Virus record (IMG/VR): IMGVR_UViG_3300035158_000183
Span: 32,001 to 96,000 of that record
Length of the DNA: 64,000 nt
DNA from: a virus
Strand: one strand, 5' to 3'
The notes beneath the pieces are model-generated. The model ran no database searches and had not been told where the DNA came from. It worked only from the letters and a program-made list of their open reading frames with translations. How positions within the stretch are numbered: the first letter of the stretch is position 1; the number at the start of each line of letters is the position of its first letter. Shown here one piece after another: positions 37,943-49,254 of the stretch. Both the position numbers and the translations under genes were made by a program.

Positions 37943-39388
37943 CTAGAATAGTGCGATAACTTCAATAACCGCTGCCCCTGTCCAGATTTGCACTGTATTA
38001 TTGTCTAAGTGTACCACATTCAAGTCCACAGCAGGCGAGCCATACATACCCCAGTAGTCCTGTTCTTCAGGTGTCACATCCAGGACATGGATAATTGGCT
38101 TCCGGCCGGTTCCGTGATTGATTACGACTGGCGTCTGCTCCCTCTCAGTCTCCGACAGATGTGAACGGTCGTAGCTATAATCCTGTCGCACTACTGTGGT
38201 CCCAATCCAGTTATAGAGTGCATTGTCTAGCTCACCGATAGCCGTCTCCAGAGGTGCATTCTGAGTCACATAGTTTGTATGAGCATAATCTGGTGTGGCA
38301 TCGGTATTGCTATCCATACCAGTGAAAGCTCGCACTACATCGAAGACAGCATCCGCACCAGTGTTAGTGTAGTGGACACCGTGTGGGTTGGTTGCTGAAA
38401 CTGTACCAGACCCCGTATAATTCACATGCTGCTGCAAGTTGACAGTCGGGTTTGGTGCCCAAGGCGAAACCGCATCACTATACCAGCTACTCGAGCCCTT
38501 GACAGCTTGGATCTCGTACCGTAGCCTCTTGACCTCATTCTCCAGGGAAGTGTACGGTCCCACACGAGCTTGAACTGCTGCCGCTGGGGGTGGAGGTTTG
38601 ATGTCAGTAAACGGGTGGGTGTGCGCCGCTACCGGAAGACCAGCATGGCTCACACCTGCAGGATTGGCCCCCCAGCCACCTGATACATTGTGCAGCTTAA
38701 GTATCGCATCAAGCTGATCAGCTATACTATACTTGAGTGGCGTACCCAGCTGATATGTCGGATACACATCTGGGTCATAGATATCCTTATTCAGCTGTGC
38801 GACGTAGGTTTCTAGGGTACCGGTACGTGTGTCAAGGCTGCCCACTGCACCCACATAGGACCCGTCCCTATACCCTTCACCTATAGCTGCCCACAGAGGA
38901 TCCAGGTCCACCGTACCACCGGCAGCAGTTTCACCACTGACGTTGGCAATAGCCTCGTAAACGTCCTCAAACTTCTCAGCTATAGTCTTGGGTCTGTGGG
39001 TGGCAGAGTCCCAGTATCTCCCGTCAGCCTTAGTGGCGTCAGCGTCATTGAAGACGAATAGGGTAGACCCCTGTATGCCGTAGACAAAGCAGTCGATCTT
39101 CTCTGGGAGGCCCTTGCCAGCGGCCGTACTCCATCGTGCATCTGTGTTCCCTGCGGGCAGAGAATTGAGTATCGGATGAGTGTAATTTCTCCAATCACTA
39201 CGAATACTTTGGAGATTCTGCGCCACCGACCGGACAAAAGCATTGAGGTCTGAGGAGCTGATGGCTCCTGTGGACGGCGTATTAAATGAGAAAATAGTCC
39301 CACCGCCCTGACTCACCACGCTGGACGCACGGTTGGTTTCGGCGGCAGTTGCCATCCATGACCAGTTAAATCCGTATGAAGTCGCCAT
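37943..39388 (-). CDS. Tail/virion structural protein
   Basis: Fibre-type HTHP and TNPHG motifs; GGAGG RBS. Confidence 0.6.
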   Translation of the reverse strand: MATSYGFNWSWMATAAETNRASSVVSQGGGTIFSFNTPSTGAISSSDLNAFVRSVAQNLQSIRSDWRNYTHPILNSLPAGNTDARWSTAAGKGLPEKIDCFVYGIQGSTLFVFNDADATKADGRYWDSATHRPKTIAEKFEDVYEAIANVSGETAAGGTVDLDPLWAAIGEGYRDGSYVGAVGSLDTRTGTLETYVAQLNKDIYDPDVYPTYQLGTPLKYSIADQLDAILKLHNVSGGWGANPAGVSHAGLPVAAHTHPFTDIKPPPPAAAVQARVGPYTSLENEVKRLRYEIQAVKGSSSWYSDAVSPWAPNPTVNLQQHVNYTGSGTVSATNPHGVHYTNTGADAVFDVVRAFTGMDSNTDATPDYAHTNYVTQNAPLETAIGELDNALYNWIGTTVVRQDYSYDRSHLSETEREQTPVVINHGTGRKPIIHVLDVTPEEQDYWGMYGSPAVDLNVVHLDNNTVQIWTGAAVIEVIALF

Positions 39389-39413
39389 ATTAGCCTCCGA
39401 GTTTAATTATACC

Positions 39414-41594
39414 CTAAACCCCTAGCTTGATTCTATACGACGAAAGTACTGGGCTGACTCCAGAGTCCTCTGTCCAGAGTCCGGCCTTAAGCCTAATATA
39501 TTGGTACATTTCGGCGTTAGAGGCGCCAGAGCGCCATTCCGCCACGAACAGTTCGTTAGACCAGTCCGTGTTGCTAGGGTCAAATTTGGCCACCACCGCC
39601 AGAACCGGGTTGGTTTCGTCTCCCACACCCCGCACGGCAAAGTATCCGTATTCCTGTATGTTATTCTCTAATTCGAACATGCTGGTTCGGGTAGCGTAGA
39701 ATTCCGCAGATCTGTCGGTACCGAGGTACTTCCTCTCACCCTTGAAATTAGTGCTATATGGGAAGCCTTCGATAACTAGTTTGTGGTTATGTGGGTATAG
39801 CGGATCTATAGCTCGCAGCTGCTCCTCATTCTGTAGAGTGGTACTGGGAAGCGCTGCTACCACAGCAATCAGATCCTCTGAAATATCCTTCCAATTATCA
39901 GCATCGGTGGCAAACTTATGTACGCCCTGTGATATTTTGACCACTCCGCTAGCCCTTGCCCCATCTATCACGCATTCCCTATCTCCGAAGTCTAGTAGTA
40001 TACCATCAGACGACACGACTTCGAAGTAGCATGTGTGCATGCTGCCGTCTATCCCCCAGCCCCGTGGATTGCCGCGCACCGTGAGGATGTCGGGATAGTC
40101 CGTGATGTCCTTGTGTCTCACATTTCTCCACACCACCACACTCCCACCTACAGGATCTGGGTCCTCATCTGGACTGATAATAATAGCTGTATTCACCACG
40201 CCATAGCTAATGCTCTTGAACCTATAGCCGAGAAGACTATCCCCTAAAGTAGCATTACTGAACGACCTGGTCAGCTTCATTTGTGCCCTGTCTGCTGTGG
40301 CTGTCTCGTCCAGAAGGTCCGTGTCGGTATCAGAGAGGTTGTCTTTCCAGTCTGCGCCGCTCAGGTTTATAATCTTAGGGTACAGTATCTCGTCGCTGTC
40401 TGCTGCCAGTATATTGAACCAGTCAGTCCAGGTAGAGTTGTCCTTCGAGGCTGAGATATAGTAATTAATACCTGTATTATCCGGTAGTTCCGAGCATACC
40501 TCCAGGGCTACCAGGGAGAAACGTACGGGATTCCCCTCCGCATTGAAGGCCTGGAGCCCCTGGGTGATCAGTGTATCACCGACTGAATCTGTGTAGTTGT
40601 TGCCGTAGAAGTGGATATGCGAGGCTGCGAACATATACTCATTAGCGGGGTTGTCCGGAGCAGGCTTGCGAAAGATGAACTTCACCCATCGCATTGTAGT
40701 CATCGGAAATAACCAGGACATATTTCTGCTGAGCGACTTGGTAGCCTCAGCAGTCCGCACCAAGCTCCAGGTATAGCCATCCTCTGACACCATACAGGTT
40801 ACAGTCGACTTGGTGGTGCCCAGCGGACCCACGAATCTCATAGTAATCTTGGATACTTCCAGGTCCTCATTGGCCAGCTTAGCCTTCAGCTCACAGACTA
40901 CCTCGCCTCCAGTATCCGAGTACACCTTACCCACCCAAGCAGAGTTATCGGCCTTGAAGATGTTGGAGAGGGCGTTGCCTTCATTGGTTGTGGTATACGC
41001 TATCCCTGGTCGAGTTGTAAGTGGTGAAAATGACACATCATTCTCGGTTATATCGGTGAGCTTGATGAGCGAGCCTGCATTCTCCAGCTCACTAAATGAA
41101 GGATCTATATAAACCGACGCTTCATGGAGATTAATCCTGGCTGTAGTCTCCTCGGTATCCACCTGGTTCATGTCAGCGAACACATCTCCTACAGCTGCAA
41201 AGAAGCCGGCTGTGTCCTGGTTCAGGAGCAGTAGCGCATCTACTCGATCCTCGAGCTTCCTGGCTGTCAAGCTGAGACGCTTTAGTTCTGTGGACCACCT
41301 GTCATAGAATCTGCTACTGGCCTCAGCTACTCTGTATATCTCGCGTGTCACAATACCCACATCCTGCGAGAACGTGTCAGCTATGCTCTGTATAAGGGCA
41401 GCGCTGGAATTGTTTCCGGAACCCACAGAGAAATCCATAGCCTTAGAAGTAGGCTCCTCTAGGTTAGGGTGCTCCTCCTGGTAGGCTGCCAAATCCGCTT
41501 CCAGCTGTTCTGCTGTGGGCACCTCACCGCTATACAGGTACTCCAGCATCAGCTGTTCGGTAATATACTCAGCATGCGTCTGGGCTAGGGACAT
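39414..41594 (-). CDS. Baseplate/tail structural protein (paralog C)
   Basis: Helical N-terminus, beta-sandwich core, C-terminal SPVLSSYRIK. Confidence 0.55.
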   Translation of the reverse strand: MSLAQTHAEYITEQLMLEYLYSGEVPTAEQLEADLAAYQEEHPNLEEPTSKAMDFSVGSGNNSSAALIQSIADTFSQDVGIVTREIYRVAEASSRFYDRWSTELKRLSLTARKLEDRVDALLLLNQDTAGFFAAVGDVFADMNQVDTEETTARINLHEASVYIDPSFSELENAGSLIKLTDITENDVSFSPLTTRPGIAYTTTNEGNALSNIFKADNSAWVGKVYSDTGGEVVCELKAKLANEDLEVSKITMRFVGPLGTTKSTVTCMVSEDGYTWSLVRTAEATKSLSRNMSWLFPMTTMRWVKFIFRKPAPDNPANEYMFAASHIHFYGNNYTDSVGDTLITQGLQAFNAEGNPVRFSLVALEVCSELPDNTGINYYISASKDNSTWTDWFNILAADSDEILYPKIINLSGADWKDNLSDTDTDLLDETATADRAQMKLTRSFSNATLGDSLLGYRFKSISYGVVNTAIIISPDEDPDPVGGSVVVWRNVRHKDITDYPDILTVRGNPRGWGIDGSMHTCYFEVVSSDGILLDFGDRECVIDGARASGVVKISQGVHKFATDADNWKDISEDLIAVVAALPSTTLQNEEQLRAIDPLYPHNHKLVIEGFPYSTNFKGERKYLGTDRSAEFYATRTSMFELENNIQEYGYFAVRGVGDETNPVLAVVAKFDPSNTDWSNELFVAEWRSGASNAEMYQYIRLKAGLWTEDSGVSPVLSSYRIKLGV

Positions 41595-44500
41595 TACAAC
41601 TCCTCCAGGGTGTCAGCTGTCACAGCCTTCAGTGCGATATCCTTACAGATTGGTGAGAAATACGGCTCCAGGTCTTTTAGTGACTCTGTAGATTGTTTAT
41701 AGTACTCGTAAGCCAGCTTAATGAAGCCCGGCTGGGCCTGGAGAATTGAGGACATCTTCAAGAACCTCATCCCCAATGACGTACTGAACACAATAGTCTG
41801 GCCGGCCTCATCCACTTCTTTGATGTCACCATCAGGCACTACATCGGCCACATTGTAGAACGCGCTGTAGTTGGATACCTCGAACCTAATTTCTCCAGTA
41901 GTTTCAACAGCTTCAGCGAAATGCACTATAGCATTCTCGTAGTCAATGGAGTACAAGCCCGCGATATCCACACCAGGATCATCGTCCTGGGTTCTGTACG
42001 TGACCACATGGTCCTCCATGCCCGTGGTAGAGTAGACCGTGATGGTATTGGTTGTGTCATTAAATGCCCACTCGCCATCGTTAGACGGTGCACCTGTCAC
42101 AGGTGCGGTGAACTGGCTTTCTGGTGCAGACGGGCTAGTCTCAGAGCGAACTGGCGCAAAGCCAATGGTGCTGGCGATGACATTCTCACCCTTCAGGACA
42201 TAGGTGTACTTATCCCCACCTATATCAGTAAACGTCATAGCTTCATTGGATACCTGCACAATGCCATGTAGCTCCGTATCCCCATCTACATATAGCACTT
42301 CTGTGGGTCTTGCATCGTCAGGGAATAGCGCAGAGTCAATCTCCACCGTACCCTTAACTAGCCTCTGTTTGTACCAGTCGTGACCTCTAGCCTGGGTAGG
42401 GATAAGCTCCACGCTGTTTAATGGAGTAGCGGTCCCATCTACATTCTCTGTTCTCTTATGAGTCTTGACATACATGGGATCCAGGACAATTTTGCTAGTA
42501 TTTATCCTGCCATGGACGGAAGATCGGTAGTATTCCCACTTATCCATAGGGACAGTTGTGGTCTCTATCATCTTGCATCTTAGGATAATAGTACGGTCAT
42601 CAGGTGGTGTGCTGCCTAGATATACCATTCCGGAATATGCATCAAATGTATAGGTGCTTGGATCTTCTAGCCATTCGCCAGTGGAGCCGTCATAGGTTAG
42701 CAACTCCTGTTCACCGTCTATATGCTCCCTCTTGGTTGTGTAGATAGTATCCGGAGAGTATATCCGTGTACCGTCAAAGTTGTATTCCTCAATCTCAAAA
42801 TTATCCAGACCTGGTAATAATACTGGCGGTAGCTGTCCAGTCTGCTTCTCTGCTTCCCTAGCTTGCCCTATTTTGTCCTCTGTCAGTATGTCTGACGCCA
42901 CATAGGCAGTCACGTCTACAGCCGTATTAACATTTCCTATTGGTTCGCTTATGGGTGTCTCGTCTCCGATGCCGACAGAATCACTATAACTTGAATCTAT
43001 AGCAGCTGCTACCTTATATTTCGCTTTCTTTACTACCTTAATGTGATCCACAGCTTCAGCCTCGGATAGGGCATCCATAGCCACCAGGCTAACATTCTCC
43101 TTGAAGCCATCACTCCCAGCAGATAGATTCAGTACATAGCCCTGACCAGTCAGTTCCATCCGTGGGTTGTCGCCATCCAGACAGATCTGTATTTTGGCCC
43201 CACCTGGCGGGAGGAACCCTTTGCGCTCTAAAGTGCCAGCATTATCATATACGTAACCGAATTGTAACTGCCAGCGGCCTGCCTTAGTGAGGAAGAACAC
43301 CTTACTGTCTTCGCCTATCTCTTCATAACTGGTGATGCTGTGGTTGCCAGTCAGACCCATGCCCTCTGGGTCCTGTGGGCAATATTCTATGTGCTCGCCA
43401 TTCACAAAGACTCTCAAATGTTCCCGTAGGTTAGGTACATCCCTGTAGGGTAGATCGAAGCGCATAACGTCAACTGGAGATACATCTACAGAAAACTCCA
43501 AGAAATCCAGGGCCATAGGAGGCGGTAGCCCCCGAACCGTCGAACCATATCGTCCATAGGGACAACTGTAGCTGCCGTAGAACGGCAGAATAACCCGTAG
43601 GGTTTCTTTGATAGGCCGCTGAGTGGTATTAACCTCAAACTCTCCCCCTGTAGGCATGTTGACTACATCTATCTGGGTTATCTTCTCTTCCTTCACCACC
43701 AGATTGCCCTCAAAAGATTCTGGAGTTCGGCTCATGCCGATCTTATGACGAAGAGTGGTAACCTCAGACTCAGTTGTGATTGCCCCCTCGGCAATAGTAT
43801 TGAAGTCCACGACCTCTGGGATTTCCGCTCCAGAGCGTTTCTGCGGCTGTATGGGCCGCCATACCGCCCCGTCATTCTCTGATATGGAGTGAGTGATGTC
43901 AGCTAGCTCAGAGGCCTCTACAGGGTTCTCGGAAGCCCACAGAGCCACCTTCCTGACATCTCCTCCTGTGGTGAACGGTGCGGATATGATACTACCCTCA
44001 GTCTTGAACCGCCGGCCTAGGATATTGATGTCCCGGATGCCTATAGCATACCGCAGGCGCTCTCCACTCAGGGTCTGTATGGGATGAGGAGTGTGCTGTT
44101 CCAGAACAATATGTACGAACTGTACCTTTCGAGGCAGGAAGGAGTAGAATCCCTCCCCTGCGCCCTTGGCTGTCACCGGTGAAAGGTCGAATGTATTGTC
44201 TTCAGGCTCAGAGACAAAGTCCTTAATGGGCACCTCGTCCTTAATAGACCGGTATTCCAGCCCATCCTTGGAGGTCTCTAGCTTAGCGATATGAACTGGT
44301 GTAGGCGTCCCAAAGTTAATTGGATTCACATGTATATGATTAATTACAGATATACTGTCCAAGACTATGGTAAGGTCAAGTACCAGGGGCGTATCAGATT
44401 CGTAGGCCACCACACGCTCATACTCGTACCAGGTATTTGGCTCGGCATCTCCAATGGCCTCGATCTCATTCTTGCCCAGCACATCTAGCTCAAAGTTGTT

Positions 44501-45112
44501 GCCGGCATTGCCATTGCTGGGCTGGTTGATGATGTAGGACTTGATCTTGGGCCTGTCCGGCTCACCGTCCAACGGCAGCAGAACAATTCCCTCATCCTGA
44601 CCCAAGAAACATTCCTCCGAGTCTACTAAAGACGACCCTACTTCTATTAGCTCTGCGCTATTGAAGCTATCACCGAAGAAGAAACCTGCTCCTACTCCTA
44701 GACTTGGATCTGCGTATAGCAGATAGTCACCGAGCTTATTCGAGACACGCTTGGATATCTGGAGTACCTGGTCCTTCTCTGCCAGCATGGAGTTAAAGCT
44801 TGACACTACCAGCGCATCCAGGGCCCCTATCTCTGTGAACAGGGCCTCCAGGTCACGGGATAGGGAGTTTGTCACCACATTATAGTGGGAAGGGTCGGCC
44901 GGCATCCCCTTAAATATCTTGGAGGCACTCCTAAGTATAGAGCCATCCAGCGACTTCAGGAATATATCCATGGCTGCGTGGTAAGATGATACCAGATTCT
45001 CCTCTAGCACCATATCACCTGACTGATATAGCTTGTTAACGTCCTCTAGCAGCACTTTTAGTCTGGCCCTAAGCAGCTCCGTTGGGGGCTGTGTAGTGAG
45101 TTTGTTAGGCAT
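41594..45112 (-). CDS. Large baseplate/tail structural protein (paralog B)
   Basis: Same architecture; YSIDYENAIVHF beta motifs; C-terminal SPICKDIALK. Confidence 0.55.
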   Translation of the reverse strand: MPNKLTTQPPTELLRARLKVLLEDVNKLYQSGDMVLEENLVSSYHAAMDIFLKSLDGSILRSASKIFKGMPADPSHYNVVTNSLSRDLEALFTEIGALDALVVSSFNSMLAEKDQVLQISKRVSNKLGDYLLYADPSLGVGAGFFFGDSFNSAELIEVGSSLVDSEECFLGQDEGIVLLPLDGEPDRPKIKSYIINQPSNGNAGNNFELDVLGKNEIEAIGDAEPNTWYEYERVVAYESDTPLVLDLTIVLDSISVINHIHVNPINFGTPTPVHIAKLETSKDGLEYRSIKDEVPIKDFVSEPEDNTFDLSPVTAKGAGEGFYSFLPRKVQFVHIVLEQHTPHPIQTLSGERLRYAIGIRDINILGRRFKTEGSIISAPFTTGGDVRKVALWASENPVEASELADITHSISENDGAVWRPIQPQKRSGAEIPEVVDFNTIAEGAITTESEVTTLRHKIGMSRTPESFEGNLVVKEEKITQIDVVNMPTGGEFEVNTTQRPIKETLRVILPFYGSYSCPYGRYGSTVRGLPPPMALDFLEFSVDVSPVDVMRFDLPYRDVPNLREHLRVFVNGEHIEYCPQDPEGMGLTGNHSITSYEEIGEDSKVFFLTKAGRWQLQFGYVYDNAGTLERKGFLPPGGAKIQICLDGDNPRMELTGQGYVLNLSAGSDGFKENVSLVAMDALSEAEAVDHIKVVKKAKYKVAAAIDSSYSDSVGIGDETPISEPIGNVNTAVDVTAYVASDILTEDKIGQAREAEKQTGQLPPVLLPGLDNFEIEEYNFDGTRIYSPDTIYTTKREHIDGEQELLTYDGSTGEWLEDPSTYTFDAYSGMVYLGSTPPDDRTIILRCKMIETTTVPMDKWEYYRSSVHGRINTSKIVLDPMYVKTHKRTENVDGTATPLNSVELIPTQARGHDWYKQRLVKGTVEIDSALFPDDARPTEVLYVDGDTELHGIVQVSNEAMTFTDIGGDKYTYVLKGENVIASTIGFAPVRSETSPSAPESQFTAPVTGAPSNDGEWAFNDTTNTITVYSTTGMEDHVVTYRTQDDDPGVDIAGLYSIDYENAIVHFAEAVETTGEIRFEVSNYSAFYNVADVVPDGDIKEVDEAGQTIVFSTSLGMRFLKMSSILQAQPGFIKLAYEYYKQSTESLKDLEPYFSPICKDIALKAVTADTLEEL

Positions 45113-47096
45113 AAAGGGCTCCTAGGATAGCATACTCACGAAGCTCTGGCGTGATCTTCTGGGATGCAGCATTCCGGCGTAAAGTAGCCTGCAAGTAAAG
45201 CTTACTTTCTATTGTAACATCTGGATTCTCTCTTCTAAAGTATACCCGACCACCCTCACCCAGAAAGGTCGTCTTGTCCTTATCCAGCCACACTGTATTA
45301 TCATCAATATATGTGTCGCTGGTACGTATGGTGTAGCTCACCGTATAGATAGATGTGGGGTCCAGTGTATCGGGGCCAATTTTGATCCACATCTTAGGCG
45401 GAGTTAGCTGGTACTCCGACCAGGTATTTGCACCGGTGAAGACGGTCTCCCAGTCTAGCTCATTATTGCTGTCCAGGTGGATTGCAAAGTACCATCCGTC
45501 GTCTCCACCCAGTGTCAGCGGCACACCATTCTGGTAGACCGTAATAGGTGCAGGGTCTCCGAAGTCCCAACTGGGATCCACATATGGACAGAACCTGAGC
45601 TGACCTGCGTCAGGCAGAATGGCTTGCTCATATTCATTCCTAGGTTCCTTCTTGGTCAACACCAGTCTCTCATGGACCACTGAGGTCTGGCCCAGTCGGG
45701 GTATAGGGAACTTGGTCTCCTTGTACTTCGGGCTGGTATCTACCTTGATAATCTCGTACTCAATGGAGTTCGGTACCACCTCGGGAGAATCAGTATACTC
45801 ATCCGACCTCACCGCCACTACACCGAAGTCTGATCCCTTCAGCGGCTTAGAGACGAATATGCCGCTGTCCTCATACAGACTATTGCCAAACCACACGTTG
45901 TCCAGGGAGAAAGCATACACGAATGAGTTGACACGGGTAGATACATCCTCAGGCACGTTAAGAATATCGCCGAGATGCTCTGAAGCCAGAACCTCACGCG
46001 CCAGTGGGCCCGCTGCCTCAGTTCTGGTGACATCGTCCTTAGAGGTCATCATTACCTCATGCAGTTCGGTCTCCTTGGACTGTGTATAGTGTTCCTCCCG
46101 CTGGTAGGAGTTCATTGAGAATGTGACCTGGACTGTTCTGGCCAGAGTGCGCGGAAAGTCTAGGCGTGTCCATCCGCTAACTTCTGTGGGCTCATCTAGG
46201 AGGTCTACCTTGTGGCCATCAGGAGCTACAGCCTTGACGGTCTCTATATAGAACGGCACCTGGGTAGCACCCTCCACGACCATATAATTAATATCTTGGG
46301 CTATCCCCAAACTGAACTCGAGGACAGTAGTCACCTTAGCCACCGGTTCTCCGAGATACACTTCACGAGTCCAGAATGTTCCCCTGGTTCCGTCTATCAC
46401 ATTAGCCAGATCATTATTAACACTGGTCTGGACCTGGGTGCCATGAGAATACTGGTCAGTCAGCATGGTAACCGAAACCGGCAGTACCCTAGGCTCGTTG
46501 GTAGAGCCAAGAATTAGCCGCTGCCCATGCTCAGACACCACAGCTCCTGGCAGCTCAACCTCGGTTGCAGTCTGGTAGGTGCGATTATCAAAGTAAAGAT
46601 TCTCTGCACCCACCTCACTCCGCGCTATCCTAAATAGCGAAGCAGAGGTGAAGGAATTAACTAGTGCTAGGGAGAACTCGTTAGAGCGGTCTGCCAACCA
46701 CTCAAGCCTACGTATCGTATTCTCCTGATCTGCCAGTGCTCGCTCTAGGTCGGCTGCCAAGTTCTTCATCACTAGCAAGTGGTGGTCGTCCACCTTTCCA
46801 CCTATCTCATCTACCTGCTGGAACAGTGCCTCCACATCATTCTTAGCGGCCTTCATCATCGTGTTATGAGCGTCAGAGGAAGTTAGTTGCCATATGAGAG
46901 CGCGGATCTGCTGGAAGGACGGCTTAGGGGCCTTGTCATTAATAAGGGTAGCCAGCTCCTGGAGTCGGAACTGGTATTCCTCAGCATCCCGTACTTCGCC
47001 GGAAGCTTTAAGGTCGTTTAGTAAATCGGTAATCTGCCGAGCCTGGACAGCCGGCATGACACGCAGGACGCTATCTAGATATATACTTGTGGTCAT
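45105..47096 (-). CDS. Baseplate/tail structural protein (paralog A)
   Basis: Same architecture; C-terminal TPELREYAIL. Confidence 0.55.
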   Translation of the reverse strand: MTTSIYLDSVLRVMPAVQARQITDLLNDLKASGEVRDAEEYQFRLQELATLINDKAPKPSFQQIRALIWQLTSSDAHNTMMKAAKNDVEALFQQVDEIGGKVDDHHLLVMKNLAADLERALADQENTIRRLEWLADRSNEFSLALVNSFTSASLFRIARSEVGAENLYFDNRTYQTATEVELPGAVVSEHGQRLILGSTNEPRVLPVSVTMLTDQYSHGTQVQTSVNNDLANVIDGTRGTFWTREVYLGEPVAKVTTVLEFSLGIAQDINYMVVEGATQVPFYIETVKAVAPDGHKVDLLDEPTEVSGWTRLDFPRTLARTVQVTFSMNSYQREEHYTQSKETELHEVMMTSKDDVTRTEAAGPLAREVLASEHLGDILNVPEDVSTRVNSFVYAFSLDNVWFGNSLYEDSGIFVSKPLKGSDFGVVAVRSDEYTDSPEVVPNSIEYEIIKVDTSPKYKETKFPIPRLGQTSVVHERLVLTKKEPRNEYEQAILPDAGQLRFCPYVDPSWDFGDPAPITVYQNGVPLTLGGDDGWYFAIHLDSNNELDWETVFTGANTWSEYQLTPPKMWIKIGPDTLDPTSIYTVSYTIRTSDTYIDDNTVWLDKDKTTFLGEGGRVYFRRENPDVTIESKLYLQATLRRNAASQKITPELREYAILGALYA

Positions 47097-47568
47097 TGAT
47101 TCTGCCCTTAGCTAAAAAGCCTACATGCGGATGCTTCCTCTTGGACAGAACGATGGTGACCCACTTCCCTACATGTGAACTCTGGATGGGTTCGCTCATA
47201 AACTGATTCACTCCTGCTTCTTGTATTTCCTGGATAGCTGCCCAAACAAAACATCCTCCAATATCAAAACATACCAGCTGTTGGCCCACATGGTGCTGCT
47301 GGACTTCTGCCTGTATTGCCCTGTGAGTCCTCTTGGGAGTCTGTTCTCCTAATTGACTTAGATCTACCTGGAACCTATCGAACTGGTGCCAGTTAGTCTC
47401 CGGAACCACCAGGGTTACGGTCCAAAGATCGTGAAGGAGCTTGACGGACTGGATGCCGCCCAGCCTGCCCTTGGACCAAGACGCCTTACCGGCAGCAATA
47501 TCTACGTCGCTTCCACGCTCCGTAGTGCCATCGGTGAACTCCTTTATCCACATGGCGTCAGTTGCCAC
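47071..47568 (-). CDS. Hypothetical protein
   Basis: Packed ORF; alternative ATG at 47553. Confidence 0.6.
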   Translation of the reverse strand: MATDAMWIKEFTDGTTERGSDVDIAAGKASWSKGRLGGIQSVKLLHDLWTVTLVVPETNWHQFDRFQVDLSQLGEQTPKRTHRAIQAEVQQHHVGQQLVCFDIGGCFVWAAIQEIQEAGVNQFMSEPIQSSHVGKWVTIVLSKRKHPHVGFLAKGRINDHKYISR

Positions 47569-48044
47569 TACTCCTCAATTAGTTCATAGAGCAGATCCAT
47601 ATCTCCGCCCAGGACCTTCTCTGGCATATCCTCTAGCTTGATCTTATGGAATTCCACATTGATTTCTTCCTTCAGCAGCTCATTAAACTCTTCCTGCTGC
47701 TTCTCCATAACATCTAGCACTTCCTGATGCTCTTCCTTTAAGCCCTCCATCTTCTCGTCGAAGCCTGGACGCGCTTCCTCGGGAATCGCGAACTGTCCTG
47801 CGATGATCTTGGGGTTGCCCGCGTCATCCTTCTCGCACATCTCTTGACACATCTTCATGCGAGCATCCTCAAATGCTTGATACCCATCAGGTGGTGCTTG
47901 TGCCTTCTGCATCGAGTCGACTTCAGGTTCCAGGACACGCTTATTGCGGATGATCCCGAAGTGGAACTTCACATTGGTCTTCTCGCTGGCAAGACGCTGG
48001 AACAGACCCCACATCTGCAGTACTTTTTCCCTTGTGATTTTCAT
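47568..48044 (-). CDS. Acidic helical hypothetical protein (chaperone-like)
   Basis: GAGGAG RBS; Glu/Lys-rich. Confidence 0.7.
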   Translation of the reverse strand: MKITREKVLQMWGLFQRLASEKTNVKFHFGIIRNKRVLEPEVDSMQKAQAPPDGYQAFEDARMKMCQEMCEKDDAGNPKIIAGQFAIPEEARPGFDEKMEGLKEEHQEVLDVMEKQQEEFNELLKEEINVEFHKIKLEDMPEKVLGGDMDLLYELIEE

Positions 48045-48119
48045 GGATTACTCCTCGTTGGCGGCCAGTATGGCCCTCTTCTGTTATATCATCATCCCAC
48101 AAAGATATGGGCATTGCAA

Positions 48120-49253
48120 CTATCTCGAAATCCACTTACTCCAGATCTCTATGTTGTTCTTAATACGTGGGATTTCGGCAGTCTCGTAGGCCTTCTCGGC
48201 CATCTGGATAGCCTTCTCATACTGCTTCAGATGGTTGTATACCATCGACAGCAGGTCATAGCGATCTACCATGTATATTCGCGGGGTTACGAACAGCCTG
48301 CACTTGGGCATCTCCATCTTGACACAATGCTCCAGCCACACCTGAGCCTCGTGATAGTGCTGCTGTTTGTAAGCCAAGTCAGCCATGTAGTAGTAGGCCT
48401 CTGCCATGGGTGGGAACTCTTCTATGGCCTTCACGAACTGCTCCCGGGCATTGTCTCGCTCGCCCCGATAACTGTAGCAAGTACCCATATTAACCCTTGC
48501 ATGCCAGCGCTCCTCATCCCACTTACTGATGAGCAGATACTCCTTGTAGGCTTCTATAGCAAGGGTCCACTTGGCGTTCTCCTTATAAGCATTCCCTAGA
48601 TAAAACCAGGAGCGTGAGTCCTGAGGATTTTGCTTTACGGCATCCTCGAACCCCTCTATCGTTGCCTTGGAGCGCTGCACATCACGAGCTTTCTTCGCAG
48701 ATTTGTTCTGATGCTGCTTATTATGCTCTACCACAAACTGCTCTGATACGTACTTCTTATGCTTCTGTAGCATCGGCGCATTGTGCTGAGAGTTCTGATA
48801 GCGTATGTTGGGCCCTAGAAGCCGAGCTTGTGTATACATAAGCTGTGGTATACCATACTGGTCTGGCTCGAAGTGTATCCATACTTCCACACCATCCTGA
48901 TTCTTACTCTCAGCCTCCTCAATAACTTTGTGTATATTCTCAGGATTCTTCACAGTCTCATGGCCATCAAGTATGAGCCTCCAGGTTCCTGGCTTGCAGA
49001 CAGCAAGCACCCTGTTCCTGGCTTTCGAGAAACCCCAGTCACCCTTATTCTTCCGAGGCCCCTGCTTGGCTAGCTCCTCATCCAGGTAGTGAGGAATTAC
49101 CCGGTCGGCTAACCTCTCAGCTATCTCACGAGTTCCGTCATTGGAGGCCTCGTCCACACCAATGATTACTTCGTCCACATGGTCCCTGACAGACTGTATT
49201 GTCTGCTCGAGGGTGTCCGCCTCATCCTTTACGATCATCGCTAGTGATAACAT
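48120..49253 (-). CDS. GT2 glycosyltransferase with TPR repeats (protein O-glycosyltransferase type)
   Basis: LSLAMIVKDE, SNDGT, FSKARN, LILDGHE (DxD-like); about four TPRs (SWFYLGNAY, AEAYYYMADL). Confidence 0.88.
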   Translation of the reverse strand: MLSLAMIVKDEADTLEQTIQSVRDHVDEVIIGVDEASNDGTREIAERLADRVIPHYLDEELAKQGPRKNKGDWGFSKARNRVLAVCKPGTWRLILDGHETVKNPENIHKVIEEAESKNQDGVEVWIHFEPDQYGIPQLMYTQARLLGPNIRYQNSQHNAPMLQKHKKYVSEQFVVEHNKQHQNKSAKKARDVQRSKATIEGFEDAVKQNPQDSRSWFYLGNAYKENAKWTLAIEAYKEYLLISKWDEERWHARVNMGTCYSYRGERDNAREQFVKAIEEFPPMAEAYYYMADLAYKQQHYHEAQVWLEHCVKMEMPKCRLFVTPRIYMVDRYDLLSMVYNHLKQYEKAIQMAEKAYETAEIPRIKNNIEIWSKWISR

Positions 49254-49254
49254 A

